A DNA stretch of 32,000 nt, taken from Methylophaga frappieri (GTDB lineage Bacteria > Pseudomonadota > Gammaproteobacteria > Nitrosococcales > Methylophagaceae). Numbering within the stretch: the first letter of the stretch is position 1; the number at the start of each line of letters is the position of its first letter. A program made the translations under genes and the position numbers. Below the pieces are notes generated by a model. The model made no database searches. It saw only the letters and a list, made by a program, of their open reading frames with translations, and was not told the origin of the DNA. Positions 21,939-30,709 of this stretch are shown piece after piece. Location of the stretch: assembly GCF_000260965.1 (NCBI RefSeq), contig NC_017856.1, positions 30,001 to 62,000 of the forward strand, written 5' to 3'.

Positions 21939-23459
21939 ATGATTTATGCAAAACCTGGAACAGACAACGCGGTCGTCACTTTCAAACACCGCTACGAAAA
22001 CTTTATTGGTGGTGACTGGGTTGCACCGGTCAAAGGCCAGTATTTTGAAAACATTACACCGGTAACCGGTGAAGTTATCTGTGAAATACCTCAGTCCAGT
22101 GCAGAAGATGTTGAGTTAGCGCTAGATGCTGCGCACAAGGCCAAAGATGGCTGGGGACGCACTTCCGTCGCTGATCGCAGCCGAATTTTATTACAAATTG
22201 CCGATCGCATCGAAGCAAATCTTGAAATGCTGGCGGTTGCCGAGACATGGGATAACGGTAAAGCGGTTCGAGAAACACTCAATGCTGATATTCCCTTGGC
22301 AGCGGACCATTTTCGCTACTTTGCTGGCTGCATTCGTGCTCAGGAAGGGACGATGGGTGAAATTGATGACAGTACCGTCGCCTATCACTTTCATGAGCCG
22401 TTAGGGGTTGTTGGTCAGATCATACCTTGGAACTTTCCGATACTCATGGCTGCGTGGAAGTTAGCACCGGCCCTCGCAGCTGGTAACTGCATCGTCTTGA
22501 AACCAGCAGAGCAGACGCCGGTTTCAATTTTAAAAGTCATGGAAGTCATCGCAGACATACTACCGCCGGGTGTTTTGAATATCGTTAATGGATTTGGCCG
22601 TGAAGCCGGCCAGGCACTGGCAACCAGCACGCGAATTGCCAAAATTGCCTTTACTGGTTCAACGCCGGTAGGTTCGATGATCATGAAATACGCCGCAGAC
22701 AACATTATCCCCTCCACGGTTGAGTTGGGCGGTAAGTCGCCAAATGTCTTTTTCGAAGATATTATGCAGCAGGAAGAAGATTACATAAGCAAGTGTGCCG
22801 AAGGTATGACACTGGCTTTCTTTAATCAAGGTGAGGTTTGCACCTGCCCTTCTCGTGCGGTTATCCAAGAGAGCATCTATGATGACTTTATTGCGGTAGT
22901 GATGAAACGTGCACAGCAAATCAAGCGGGGTAATCCACTTGATACAGAAACCCAAGTGGGGGCACAAGCCTCACAGGAGCAGTTTGAAAAAATCCTGAGC
23001 TATGTCGATATTGGCAAAAACGAGGGCGCACAGTTATTGATGGGAGGAGGAATTCAACAGGTTGGCGCCGAATTCGACAAAGGTTTTTATATCGAGCCAA
23101 CGCTGATGAAAGGCCATAATAAAATGCGCATTTTCCAAGAAGAAATTTTCGGTCCGGTTGTGTCTGTGACGACGTTTAAAACCGAAGCCGAAGCACTGGA
23201 GATTGCCAATGATACTGAGTTTGGACTTGGTGCTGGTGTTTGGACGCGTGATATGAATCTGGCTTATCGTATGGGGCGTGGTATTCAGGCTGGCCGAGTC
23301 TGGACAAATTGCTACCATGCCTATCCTGCCCATGCGGCATTTGGTGGCTACAAAAAATCTGGTGTTGGCCGTGAAACGCATAAAATGGTACTTGAGCATT
23401 ATCAGCAAACAAAAAATCTGCTGGTCAGTTACAGCACCAGCCCTCTTGGTTTTTTCTGA
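21939..23459 (+). CDS. NAD-dependent aldehyde dehydrogenase (AcoD/ExaC-type acetaldehyde dehydrogenase)
   Basis: 506 aa. Strong resemblance to the AcoD-type N-terminus (MIYA.PG......FK.RY.N.IGG). Catalytic Glu ELGGKSP and catalytic Cys in EVCTCPSR. Confidence 0.95.
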   Translation: MIYAKPGTDNAVVTFKHRYENFIGGDWVAPVKGQYFENITPVTGEVICEIPQSSAEDVELALDAAHKAKDGWGRTSVADRSRILLQIADRIEANLEMLAVAETWDNGKAVRETLNADIPLAADHFRYFAGCIRAQEGTMGEIDDSTVAYHFHEPLGVVGQIIPWNFPILMAAWKLAPALAAGNCIVLKPAEQTPVSILKVMEVIADILPPGVLNIVNGFGREAGQALATSTRIAKIAFTGSTPVGSMIMKYAADNIIPSTVELGGKSPNVFFEDIMQQEEDYISKCAEGMTLAFFNQGEVCTCPSRAVIQESIYDDFIAVVMKRAQQIKRGNPLDTETQVGAQASQEQFEKILSYVDIGKNEGAQLLMGGGIQQVGAEFDKGFYIEPTLMKGHNKMRIFQEEIFGPVVSVTTFKTEAEALEIANDTEFGLGAGVWTRDMNLAYRMGRGIQAGRVWTNCYHAYPAHAAFGGYKKSGVGRETHKMVLEHYQQTKNLLVSYSTSPLGFF

Positions 23460-23477
23460 TAAACCAGTAAGCTGAAT

Positions 23478-23511
23478 ACGTCTGCCAGTTTAATGGCAGA
23501 CGTGTCTTTTT
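23478..23511 (+). terminator. Rho-independent terminator after the aldehyde dehydrogenase gene
   Basis: 9-bp stem ACGTCTGCC / GGCAGACGT with an 8-nt loop, followed by GTCTTTTT. Confidence 0.8.
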
Positions 23512-23565
23512 GCTCAGCACAGCCCACAGGGACTGTCCCGCTTAATCATCGATAAGGTAATACTG

Positions 23566-25530
23566 ATGGCTCAGGACAATATAGAATCCACCTTACTTGA
23601 AAACCGTCGCTTTCCACCAAGTGATGCATTCACCCGCTCTACGCGTATGCAAGCGCAGACACTGGATCAACTTTATGATAAGGCCGCTGCCGATCATGAA
23701 GGTTTCTGGGGAGATATGGCCAGACAGGAAATTGATTGGTTCAAGCCGTTTGATCAAGTGCTCGACAGTGACAATGCGCCATTTTATCGCTGGTTCGAAA
23801 ATGGCGAATTAAATGTTTCTTACAATTGTCTTGATCGTCAGCTTGAAACCAATGCCGATAAAACCGCTATTATTTTCGAGGGTGAGCCTGGCGATGTTGA
23901 ACACATCAGCTATCGTGAGCTATATCAAAAGGTCTGCATTTTTGCCAATGCGTTAAAAAATCAAGGTGTCAGCAAAGGTGATCGCGTCATTATCTATATG
24001 CCCATGATTACTGAGGCAGTGGTGGCCATGCAGGCTTGTGCACGCATTGGTGCGATTCATTCAGTGGTTTTTGGTGGATTTTCTGCTTCTGCTTTGAAAG
24101 ATCGTATTGAAGATACCTCAGCAAAAATGGTCATTACTGCTGATGGCGGTCATCGTGGCGGTAAAATCATTACATTGAAAGAGACCGCTGATCAGGCTCT
24201 TGCTGAAGGCTGTGACAGCGTTGAGACCGTTATTGTGTTTCGGCGTTGCGGCAACGATATTACGATGCAAGCGGATCGGGACATCTGGTGGCATGATGCT
24301 GAAAAGAATCAGCCAGAACACTGCCCTGCCCAAGCAATGCAGGCTTCTGATCCCTTGTTCCTTTTATATACATCAGGTTCTACGGGCAAGCCAAAAGGCA
24401 TACAGCACGCCTCAGCAGGCTACCTGCTTAATGCAATTACAACGATGCGCTGGGTGTTTGATATTCAGTCAGCCGACGTATTTTGGTGTACTGCCGATGT
24501 CGGCTGGATAACCGGCCATACCTATGTTGCTTATGGGCCATTGGCTACCGGCTCAACGATGGTTATCTATGAAGGTGTCCCGACGGTTCCGGATGCTGGT
24601 CGATTCTGGGATGTTTGCGCACGTCATGGTGTCACGATTTTTTATACTGCGCCGACCGCTATTCGGGCTTTAATGAAAGCGGGGGATGCAATTCCGAAAA
24701 GTTATGATTTGTCCCGGTTACGCTTGCTGGGCACTGTCGGTGAACCCATCAATCCGGAGGCCTGGATGTGGTATCACGAAGTCATTGGGCAATCGCGTTG
24801 CCCTATCGTCGATACTTGGTGGCAAACGGAAACGGGCGCGCACATGATAGCACCTGTACCCGGTGTCACCGTCACCAAGCCCGGCTCATGCACTAAAGCA
24901 CTGCCTGGGATTGATGCCGCTGTTGTCAACGAAAATGGCGAAGAAATTACCCAGGCAAATCAAGGCGGATTTTTAGTTATTCGTAAACCGTGGCCATCCA
25001 TGATTCAAACGATCTGGGGAGATGATCAACGTTATAAAGATACCTACTGGCCCTATTTTGACGGCAAATATTATCTGGCTGGTGACAGCGCCCGCCGTGA
25101 TGAAGACGGTTATTTTTGGATAATGGGGCGTATTGATGATGTGCTTAATGTCTCAGGTCATCGATTAGGCACAATGGAAATCGAGTCTGCGCTGGTTGCG
25201 CATCAATCGGTCGCCGAGGCAGCGGTTGTCGGCAAACCGCACGATATAAAAGGTGAGTCGGTATTTGCCTACGTCGTGTTAAAAGGTAATCGCCCTGATG
25301 GTGGCGTTGATGAAGCGATGACAGCAGAACTACGTGCTTGGGTAGCCGATCAGATTGGGCCTATCGCTAAACCGGACGATATTCGTTATGCCGATAATCT
25401 GCCAAAAACTCGCTCCGGCAAAATTATGCGTCGCCTGTTGCGCACCATTGCCAAAGGCGAACAGATCACGCAGGATACTTCGACATTGGAGAATGAATCC
25501 ATCTTGTTGCAGTTACAGGGAAAAGCTTAG
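23566..25530 (+). CDS. acs: Acetyl-CoA synthetase (AMP-forming)
   Basis: 654 aa. AMP-binding signature [11 protein letters not shown], plus WWQTETG and a C-terminal [11 protein letters not shown] containing the conserved regulatory Lys. Confidence 0.98.
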   Translation: MAQDNIESTLLENRRFPPSDAFTRSTRMQAQTLDQLYDKAAADHEGFWGDMARQEIDWFKPFDQVLDSDNAPFYRWFENGELNVSYNCLDRQLETNADKTAIIFEGEPGDVEHISYRELYQKVCIFANALKNQGVSKGDRVIIYMPMITEAVVAMQACARIGAIHSVVFGGFSASALKDRIEDTSAKMVITADGGHRGGKIITLKETADQALAEGCDSVETVIVFRRCGNDITMQADRDIWWHDAEKNQPEHCPAQAMQASDPLFLLYTSGSTGKPKGIQHASAGYLLNAITTMRWVFDIQSADVFWCTADVGWITGHTYVAYGPLATGSTMVIYEGVPTVPDAGRFWDVCARHGVTIFYTAPTAIRALMKAGDAIPKSYDLSRLRLLGTVGEPINPEAWMWYHEVIGQSRCPIVDTWWQTETGAHMIAPVPGVTVTKPGSCTKALPGIDAAVVNENGEEITQANQGGFLVIRKPWPSMIQTIWGDDQRYKDTYWPYFDGKYYLAGDSARRDEDGYFWIMGRIDDVLNVSGHRLGTMEIESALVAHQSVAEAAVVGKPHDIKGESVFAYVVLKGNRPDGGVDEAMTAELRAWVADQIGPIAKPDDIRYADNLPKTRSGKIMRRLLRTIAKGEQITQDTSTLENESILLQLQGKA

Positions 25531-25554
25531 CCGATAAAGGTAAATGAACACATA

Positions 25555-25944
25555 ATGAGTGATGCCAACAGCGCCCAACGCCTTGATAAGTGGCTTTGGG
25601 CTGCCCGATTCTTCAAAACGCGAGCGATTGCTGTGACGGCAATCAATGGTGGTAAGGTTCACGTCAATGGTCAACGCGCAAAGCCAGGCAAAAACGTGCA
25701 TGTGGGCGACAGTCTGACGATTTCCAAGCCACCATATACTTATGAGCTAGATGTTACCGACTTGAACAAGCAGCGTCGTCCAGCAGTAGAAGCACAATCT
25801 TTGTACCGCGAAACAGAAGACAGCATCGCCAAGCGTGCCTTACTCAAGGAACAACTGAAAAGTGAACCTTTGGGCTTTCGAGAACAAAAAGGTCGGCCAA
25901 GCAAACGGGATCGGCGGCGGATAATTCAATTTACTCGTAGTTAA
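25555..25944 (+). CDS. hslR: Ribosome-associated heat shock protein Hsp15 (S4 RNA-binding domain)
   Basis: RLDKWLWAARFFKTRAIA...GGKVHVNGQRAKP is near-identical to the E. coli HslR core. Confidence 0.9.
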   Translation: MSDANSAQRLDKWLWAARFFKTRAIAVTAINGGKVHVNGQRAKPGKNVHVGDSLTISKPPYTYELDVTDLNKQRRPAVEAQSLYRETEDSIAKRALLKEQLKSEPLGFREQKGRPSKRDRRRIIQFTRS

Positions 25945-26357
25945 TGATGAGCGCCGGTAAATCGTTATTAGATGATGCTGATAGTACGATGCCGGCATTA
26001 AGTTATGCGGTTGCGCTGCAAACACTGGCGTCAAAAGTCGGTTTTGACTGGTCTGATCCCCGTGGTGTTTTGGATAAGATCCAGGAAGAGGCTGAAGAGC
26101 TTCTCTCTGAAATTAACGCAGCAGCACCAGACAAAATTCAAGCGGAGTTAGGGGATTTATTATTTGCTATTACCAATTTGGCACGCCACCTTAACGTTGA
26201 TCCGCAACAAGCCTTACAGCAAACGAACCAGAAGTTTTATCGCCGGTTTTCCTTTATCGAACAGCAATTGACTCATCAAGGTAAGTCCGTTGAAAACGCG
26301 TCATTACTGGAAATGGATGCGCTCTGGGAGCGGTCCAAAACGGAACAATCAGTCTGA
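25944..26357 (+). CDS. mazG: Single-domain MazG-family nucleoside triphosphate pyrophosphohydrolase
   Basis: 137 aa. It aligns with the C-terminal MazG repeat of E. coli MazG (GFDWSDP..., EEAEEL, ELGDLLFAITNLARHLNVDPQQALQQTNQKFYRRF). TAATG overlap with the hslR stop. Confidence 0.8.
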   Translation: MMSAGKSLLDDADSTMPALSYAVALQTLASKVGFDWSDPRGVLDKIQEEAEELLSEINAAAPDKIQAELGDLLFAITNLARHLNVDPQQALQQTNQKFYRRFSFIEQQLTHQGKSVENASLLEMDALWERSKTEQSV

Positions 26358-28463
26358 CGTATCAAATTGAGCGCTCGGATGACCAATCAAGTAGCCTTGC
26401 GCAAACATCACGCCAAAATCAGTCAGTAGCGACATCGTTTCCTCACTTTCAACGCAGCCAGCGATAGTTTTCACATTGTGCGCTGAGGTTTCTTCGACCA
26501 ACGTTTTAATAAACAACTGGTCATGCGTGTTGTCATTGAGCGTACGAATAAACTGGCCACTGATTTTGACAAAATCAATCGGCAGCGTTGCTAACAACGA
26601 AAAGGATGAAAAACCATAGCGTGACACGGTGCCATCAAAGCCAAAGTCATCAATAGCAAAGCGAATACCTAACGGTTTAATGGCCGTCATTAATAGCTTT
26701 AATGCAGAGACATTTCGTAAGGCAACATCTTCATTAATTTCCAGTATCAATCGCCCTGCTACAGCCGGATAGTGATTCACTAACTTTTTAATAACGGGTA
26801 GTAGCCGGTTTGGGTTTAGCGTCACTTCGGATAAATTCACCGTCATGATTCTAACGGGTCGTTTGTTTTGAGGGTCCGTAAGTTTGCGACAGACCTCCTG
26901 CAAAACAAAGTGATCAATTTTTTCAGCTTGGCCTTGTTTTTCTGCAACCTCAATAAACTTACCTGCAGGTAAGGCTTTTCCAGTCTCTTCATCCAAAAGT
27001 CTTAGGTAGCTTTCATAACCTGCTATGTTTTTATTGGATAAGTCGAGAATCGGTTGAAAATGAATTAAAAACTGACGATTGTCGAGTGCATGCTGAATCC
27101 GTTTTTTCCAATAAATCCGGCCTGCTAAATCGGCAGCGGTCTGCTCGCTGACCTCAAATACATGCGCAAGACTAGCCTGACTGGATTGGTGCTTAGCCCT
27201 GAAAGCTGCTAATTCTGCGAAAGCCAGTAATTCGCTGCTATCTGCTTGCTCGTATGGCAGATCAATTACACCGGCATAAACATAAATTGGTAATTGTTTG
27301 GCGGGGGTTTTTAATGCCAAAGTAGTCAATGAACCCAATAGTTTGTCAGTAAATTGCTGACGGCTTGCATCTGTTGTATCAAGCTGAAGTAAAACGAAAT
27401 CCTGTTCATTAAGACGAGTAACAAGTTCTGGCTGCTGGGCCATGGACTGAATTTTATTGGCGACTTTTTGGCGTATTTCATCGCAAATTTCGGCACTAAG
27501 GCTACTATCGCGTTTTTGATAGGCCGGGAAGTCAATATGCACATAAAACAAGCTATGGTGCTTATCATGACGCTTGGCGTAAAGCAGGTTATCGTTCAAT
27601 TGTTCCTGAAACTTTTCAATGCTCGGTAAACCTGTCAACGCATCATGCGCGGCGAGCCAGACTACCCGATCTTCAACTTGCTTTTGCTCCGTTATGTCAT
27701 GGCCTATCGACAGCACTCTGACTTCATTGACATCATCAAGTAGGCTATGTAACCACCAGATTTTACGAATTTGCCCTGCTCCATTGATAATTTCTGTTTC
27801 TTGGCGAGCCTGCTTGGTTTGGCCTTGAAGCAAAGACTCATAGTGATGTCGCATTTCGTGCCAATCATGAGGCGAAAACAAGTTAGCGGCCCCTTTATCC
27901 AGTAAATCTTTGGCATGACGACCGGTAATTTGTTCGGCATAACGATTAAAAAACTGAATATCTAAATGCGTATCAACAGACATAATCAACATTTGCGCTG
28001 AGTTAATTACCTCTCTAACCCGCGATAATTCTTGATTGACGGTATCAACATTATGATGACTTTCGCGGATTCGTTGCGCTGCTTGTTCATCGACTGAATT
28101 CAGCTTTGTCGCTAACTGATCCAATTCACTCATCAGTAATGCTGACTGTGTTAGCTCACTGGATTGTTTTTCGAATTGAATCGACTTGGCCTGATCGTAA
28201 CGACGGGCTTGAATTAATCGGATTTTTTCTTGAATAAGGTTATAGGATTGCTGGGCTAATTTAGTCTGGCTGTTATATTGAAAAAAACGTAAAAAAAGCG
28301 TCAGAACACTCAAAACAACCGCGGCGACCAATGCGAGCCCCATCTTAACTAACGGGTCTAATTGGTTTTGTTCGTGCACCGTCCATATCACAATTGAGAC
28401 AACCGCAAAGTTGGCGATGAACGACACGAGAAAGTGTGTCACTTGCTTTGCTGCGTTTGACAT
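26349..28463 (-). CDS. Membrane-anchored PAS-GGDEF-EAL signalling protein; both catalytic motifs are degenerate
   Basis: Two N-terminal TM segments, a coiled coil, PAS (SVDTHLDIQFFNRYAEQITG), a GGDEF domain (AHDALTGLPS, A-site reads NEQDF) and an EAL domain (FQPILDL, ESYLR, VNLS, IDDFG, AQGY). The ATG at 28463 has GGAG 6 nt upstream; the track ORF starts at a GTG at 28475. Confidence 0.85.
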   Translation of the reverse strand: MSNAAKQVTHFLVSFIANFAVVSIVIWTVHEQNQLDPLVKMGLALVAAVVLSVLTLFLRFFQYNSQTKLAQQSYNLIQEKIRLIQARRYDQAKSIQFEKQSSELTQSALLMSELDQLATKLNSVDEQAAQRIRESHHNVDTVNQELSRVREVINSAQMLIMSVDTHLDIQFFNRYAEQITGRHAKDLLDKGAANLFSPHDWHEMRHHYESLLQGQTKQARQETEIINGAGQIRKIWWLHSLLDDVNEVRVLSIGHDITEQKQVEDRVVWLAAHDALTGLPSIEKFQEQLNDNLLYAKRHDKHHSLFYVHIDFPAYQKRDSSLSAEICDEIRQKVANKIQSMAQQPELVTRLNEQDFVLLQLDTTDASRQQFTDKLLGSLTTLALKTPAKQLPIYVYAGVIDLPYEQADSSELLAFAELAAFRAKHQSSQASLAHVFEVSEQTAADLAGRIYWKKRIQHALDNRQFLIHFQPILDLSNKNIAGYESYLRLLDEETGKALPAGKFIEVAEKQGQAEKIDHFVLQEVCRKLTDPQNKRPVRIMTVNLSEVTLNPNRLLPVIKKLVNHYPAVAGRLILEINEDVALRNVSALKLLMTAIKPLGIRFAIDDFGFDGTVSRYGFSSFSLLATLPIDFVKISGQFIRTLNDNTHDQLFIKTLVEETSAHNVKTIAGCVESEETMSLLTDFGVMFAQGYLIGHPSAQFDTSD

Positions 28464-28528
28464 GCAGGGCTCCACTGGATTGTGACGCTGAAGATTTAAG
28501 ATGAGTGTTTGCTTAACGTTGATGAATG

Positions 28529-29542
28529 TTAGCCGCCAGTCACGCTCATATGACGAAAAATAACCGGTTGCGCCTGAATATCAAAATCATGGCCTTCTGG
28601 TTTTATCTGCATCGATTGAATAATTGCTTGTTTCAACCTCACCATATCGCCTGGATGCGCTCTTATGACCTGACGCAAATCCACAGAATGTTCTTGACCC
28701 AGGCATAACAACAAGCGGCCTTCTGTCGTCACGCGAACACGATTACAACTGCTGCAAAAATTATGACTGTGCGGCGAAATAAAGCCAATTCGACTAGGAC
28801 TACCCGCGACTTGGTAATATCGCGAAGGGCCACCGGTATTCACTAAACTGGGTTGCATATCAATATGCTTGGTTAATATTGCCATCACGGTGTCACTACT
28901 ACAAAAGCTTTCGCTGCGTTGGTGGCTAACCGTGCCAAGCGGCATTTCCTCAATGTAAGAAATATCAATTTCGTTATTGATGGCAAACTGCGCAAGATCG
29001 ACGATTTCATCATCATTGCGGTTTTTCATGATGACGGCATTCAGTTTGATGCGTTTAAACCCAGCTTGTTTGGCTGCTTCAATGCCCGCCAGAACTTTAG
29101 CCAGATCGCCAATACGTGTCAGTGACTTAAACCGATCAGGCTGGAGTGAATCAAGACTGATATTCAGCCTATCCACACCACTTTTAACCAGCGCATCGGC
29201 ATACCTGACGAGTTGTGTCCCATTGGTCGTCATGGTTAATTCGCGTAATCCAGTCTGCGTTTTTAGCTGGCCAAGCTCGCTTAGCAGCCAATCTACATCT
29301 CGACGAACTAATGGCTCTCCTCCAGTGATACGGATTTTTTCTACGCCTAGCTCACAAAATCCACGGAGCAAAAAAACAATCTCCTCAAGCGTAAGCAATC
29401 TTTGCCGTGGCATAAATTGCATGTCTTCATCCATACAATAAACGCAACGCAGATCACAACGGTCGGTAATAGACATGCGCACGTAAGTCACTCGGCGGCC
29501 AAACCGGTCGATAAGTTGATTGTTAGTCTCGTGCTTTTTCAT
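28529..29542 (-). CDS. moaA: GTP 3',8-cyclase MoaA (radical SAM, molybdenum cofactor biosynthesis)
   Basis: N-terminal CDLRCVYC cluster motif, GGEPL, and the C-terminal auxiliary cluster cysteines (FCSSCNRVRVTTEGRLLLC). Confidence 0.95.
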   Translation of the reverse strand: MKKHETNNQLIDRFGRRVTYVRMSITDRCDLRCVYCMDEDMQFMPRQRLLTLEEIVFLLRGFCELGVEKIRITGGEPLVRRDVDWLLSELGQLKTQTGLRELTMTTNGTQLVRYADALVKSGVDRLNISLDSLQPDRFKSLTRIGDLAKVLAGIEAAKQAGFKRIKLNAVIMKNRNDDEIVDLAQFAINNEIDISYIEEMPLGTVSHQRSESFCSSDTVMAILTKHIDMQPSLVNTGGPSRYYQVAGSPSRIGFISPHSHNFCSSCNRVRVTTEGRLLLCLGQEHSVDLRQVIRAHPGDMVRLKQAIIQSMQIKPEGHDFDIQAQPVIFRHMSVTGG

Positions 29543-29669
29543 GTTTTCGGACTTGGCTCGTTACCTAATTCACTTGGGCCTGCTATTGATATTCAAACGG
29601 CTGTAATTCGCCTATACATTATAACGCTGACAAAATCTCTGCGTAGATGTCTGTCGCATTTTGGTCGCA

Positions 29670-29700
29670 CAAATACAAACAAGCCCCGAAAACGGGGCTT
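29670..29700 (-). terminator. Rho-independent terminator downstream of the YccA-like gene
   Basis: AAGCCCCG-AAAA-CGGGGCTT hairpin at 29681-29700, followed on the minus strand by GTTTGTATTT. Confidence 0.7.
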
Positions 29701-29731
29701 GAAGTTGACACATTAAGCGTTAATTTCGACA

Positions 29732-30403
29732 CTAATCATTACCGGAAAATGCACCGATTAAATGTAATAAGCTTGTGAACAAATTATAAATACTGACATA
29801 TAGCGTTACAGTTGCCATGATGTAGTTCGTTTCGCCACCGTGAATAATATTGCTGGTTTCAAAAAGAATTAAACCTGACATCAGCAAAACAAACATTGCC
29901 GACACAGCGAGTGATAAACCAGGCATCTCAAAGAAAAATGCCGCCAGACCCGCTAAAAACGCAACCAAAATGCCGACAAACAAAAAGCCACCCATGAAGC
30001 TGAAATCTTTTTCAGATTTGATGGCATACGCTGATAACGCCAAGAAAATGATGCCTGTACCGCCAAGCGCTTGCATCACCATTTGCGAGCCATTTGGAAT
30101 ACTCAGATAGGCGTTAATGATTGGACCCAGTGTAAAGCCCATAAAACCGGTAAGTGCGAAAACAGAGGCCAGCCCCCAAACACTGTTACGCAATTTTGCA
30201 GTCAAAAATAGCAGACCAAAATAACCGATCAGCGTAATAATGATGCCAGGATGCGGCAGATTGAAAACCATTGAAATACCTGCCGTTATGGCACTGAATC
30301 CGAGGGTCATCGCCAGTAACGCATAAGTATTACGTAACAGTTTGTTCGTTTGCAGAACCGATTGCTGCGAACGAACAACCGTGCTTTGCGTATCGTAATT
30401 CAT
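29732..30403 (-). CDS. yccA: Bax inhibitor-1/YccA family inner-membrane protein
   Basis: 223 aa, seven predicted TM segments. The N-terminus (LQTNKLLRNTYALLAMTLGFSAITA) closely follows E. coli YccA. Confidence 0.9.
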   Translation of the reverse strand: MNYDTQSTVVRSQQSVLQTNKLLRNTYALLAMTLGFSAITAGISMVFNLPHPGIIITLIGYFGLLFLTAKLRNSVWGLASVFALTGFMGFTLGPIINAYLSIPNGSQMVMQALGGTGIIFLALSAYAIKSEKDFSFMGGFLFVGILVAFLAGLAAFFFEMPGLSLAVSAMFVLLMSGLILFETSNIIHGGETNYIMATVTLYVSIYNLFTSLLHLIGAFSGND

Positions 30404-30523
30404 CTTAAGTACACTCCGTCCTTTACAGATTGATGATTTAACATATATTTCAGACTAATATCGTACCGGATTAGTTCTAAATAACAAATATAAACTCACA
30501 GACAATTAATTTCGCGTTATAGG

Positions 30524-30552
30524 TTGTCACTGCAAGGCGTTCCTAGTATCAT
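30524..30552 (+). promoter_or_regulatory. Candidate sigma70 promoter for tRNA-Ser with a GC-rich discriminator
   Basis: TTGTCA (30524-30529), a 17-nt spacer, then TATCAT (30547-30552), then TTCGCGTC just before the mature tRNA 5' end at 30563. Confidence 0.45.
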
Positions 30553-30562
30553 TTCGCGTCTT

Positions 30563-30652
30563 GGAGGGATGGCAGAGCGGTTGAATGCACCGGTCTTGAA
30601 AACCGGCATGGTTTAACGACCATCCAGGGTTCGAATCCCTGTCCCTCCGCCA
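30563..30652 (+). tRNA. serT: tRNA-Ser (anticodon UGA), class II with a long variable arm and an encoded CCA
   Basis: Acceptor GGAGGGA/TCCCTCC, anticodon stem-loop CCGGT-CTTGAAA-ACCGG, variable arm ATGGT..ACCAT, T-arm CAGGG-TTCGAAT-CCCTG, discriminator G plus CCA. Closely resembles E. coli serT. Confidence 0.95.
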
Positions 30653-30657
30653 AAAAT

Positions 30658-30692
30658 AAGCCCCAAGCCATAAATAGCTTGGGGCTTTTTTG
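30658..30692. terminator. Bidirectional rho-independent terminator between tRNA-Ser and the convergent histidine kinase gene
   Basis: 11-bp stem AAGCCCCAAGC / GCTTGGGGCTT with an 8-nt loop. A T-run follows on the plus strand, and an A-run precedes it (a T-run on the minus strand). Confidence 0.85.
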
Positions 30693-30709
30693 TTTCTGAC
30701 GCCATAGTC

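Noticed and set aside
28977-29441. 154-aa plus-strand ORF antisense to moaA, and the 104-aa ORF at 29402-29716
   Set aside because: These are shadow ORFs opposite a highly conserved radical-SAM gene. Their Ser/Arg-rich composition has no domain signature.
29543-29680. Possible molybdenum-cofactor (Moco) riboswitch upstream of moaA
   Set aside because: The space between the likely -10 element and the ATG is only about 70 nt. That is too short for the multi-stem Moco motif, and I could not find its conserved stems or the SD-sequestering 3' element. Only a covariance-model scan could fully exclude it.
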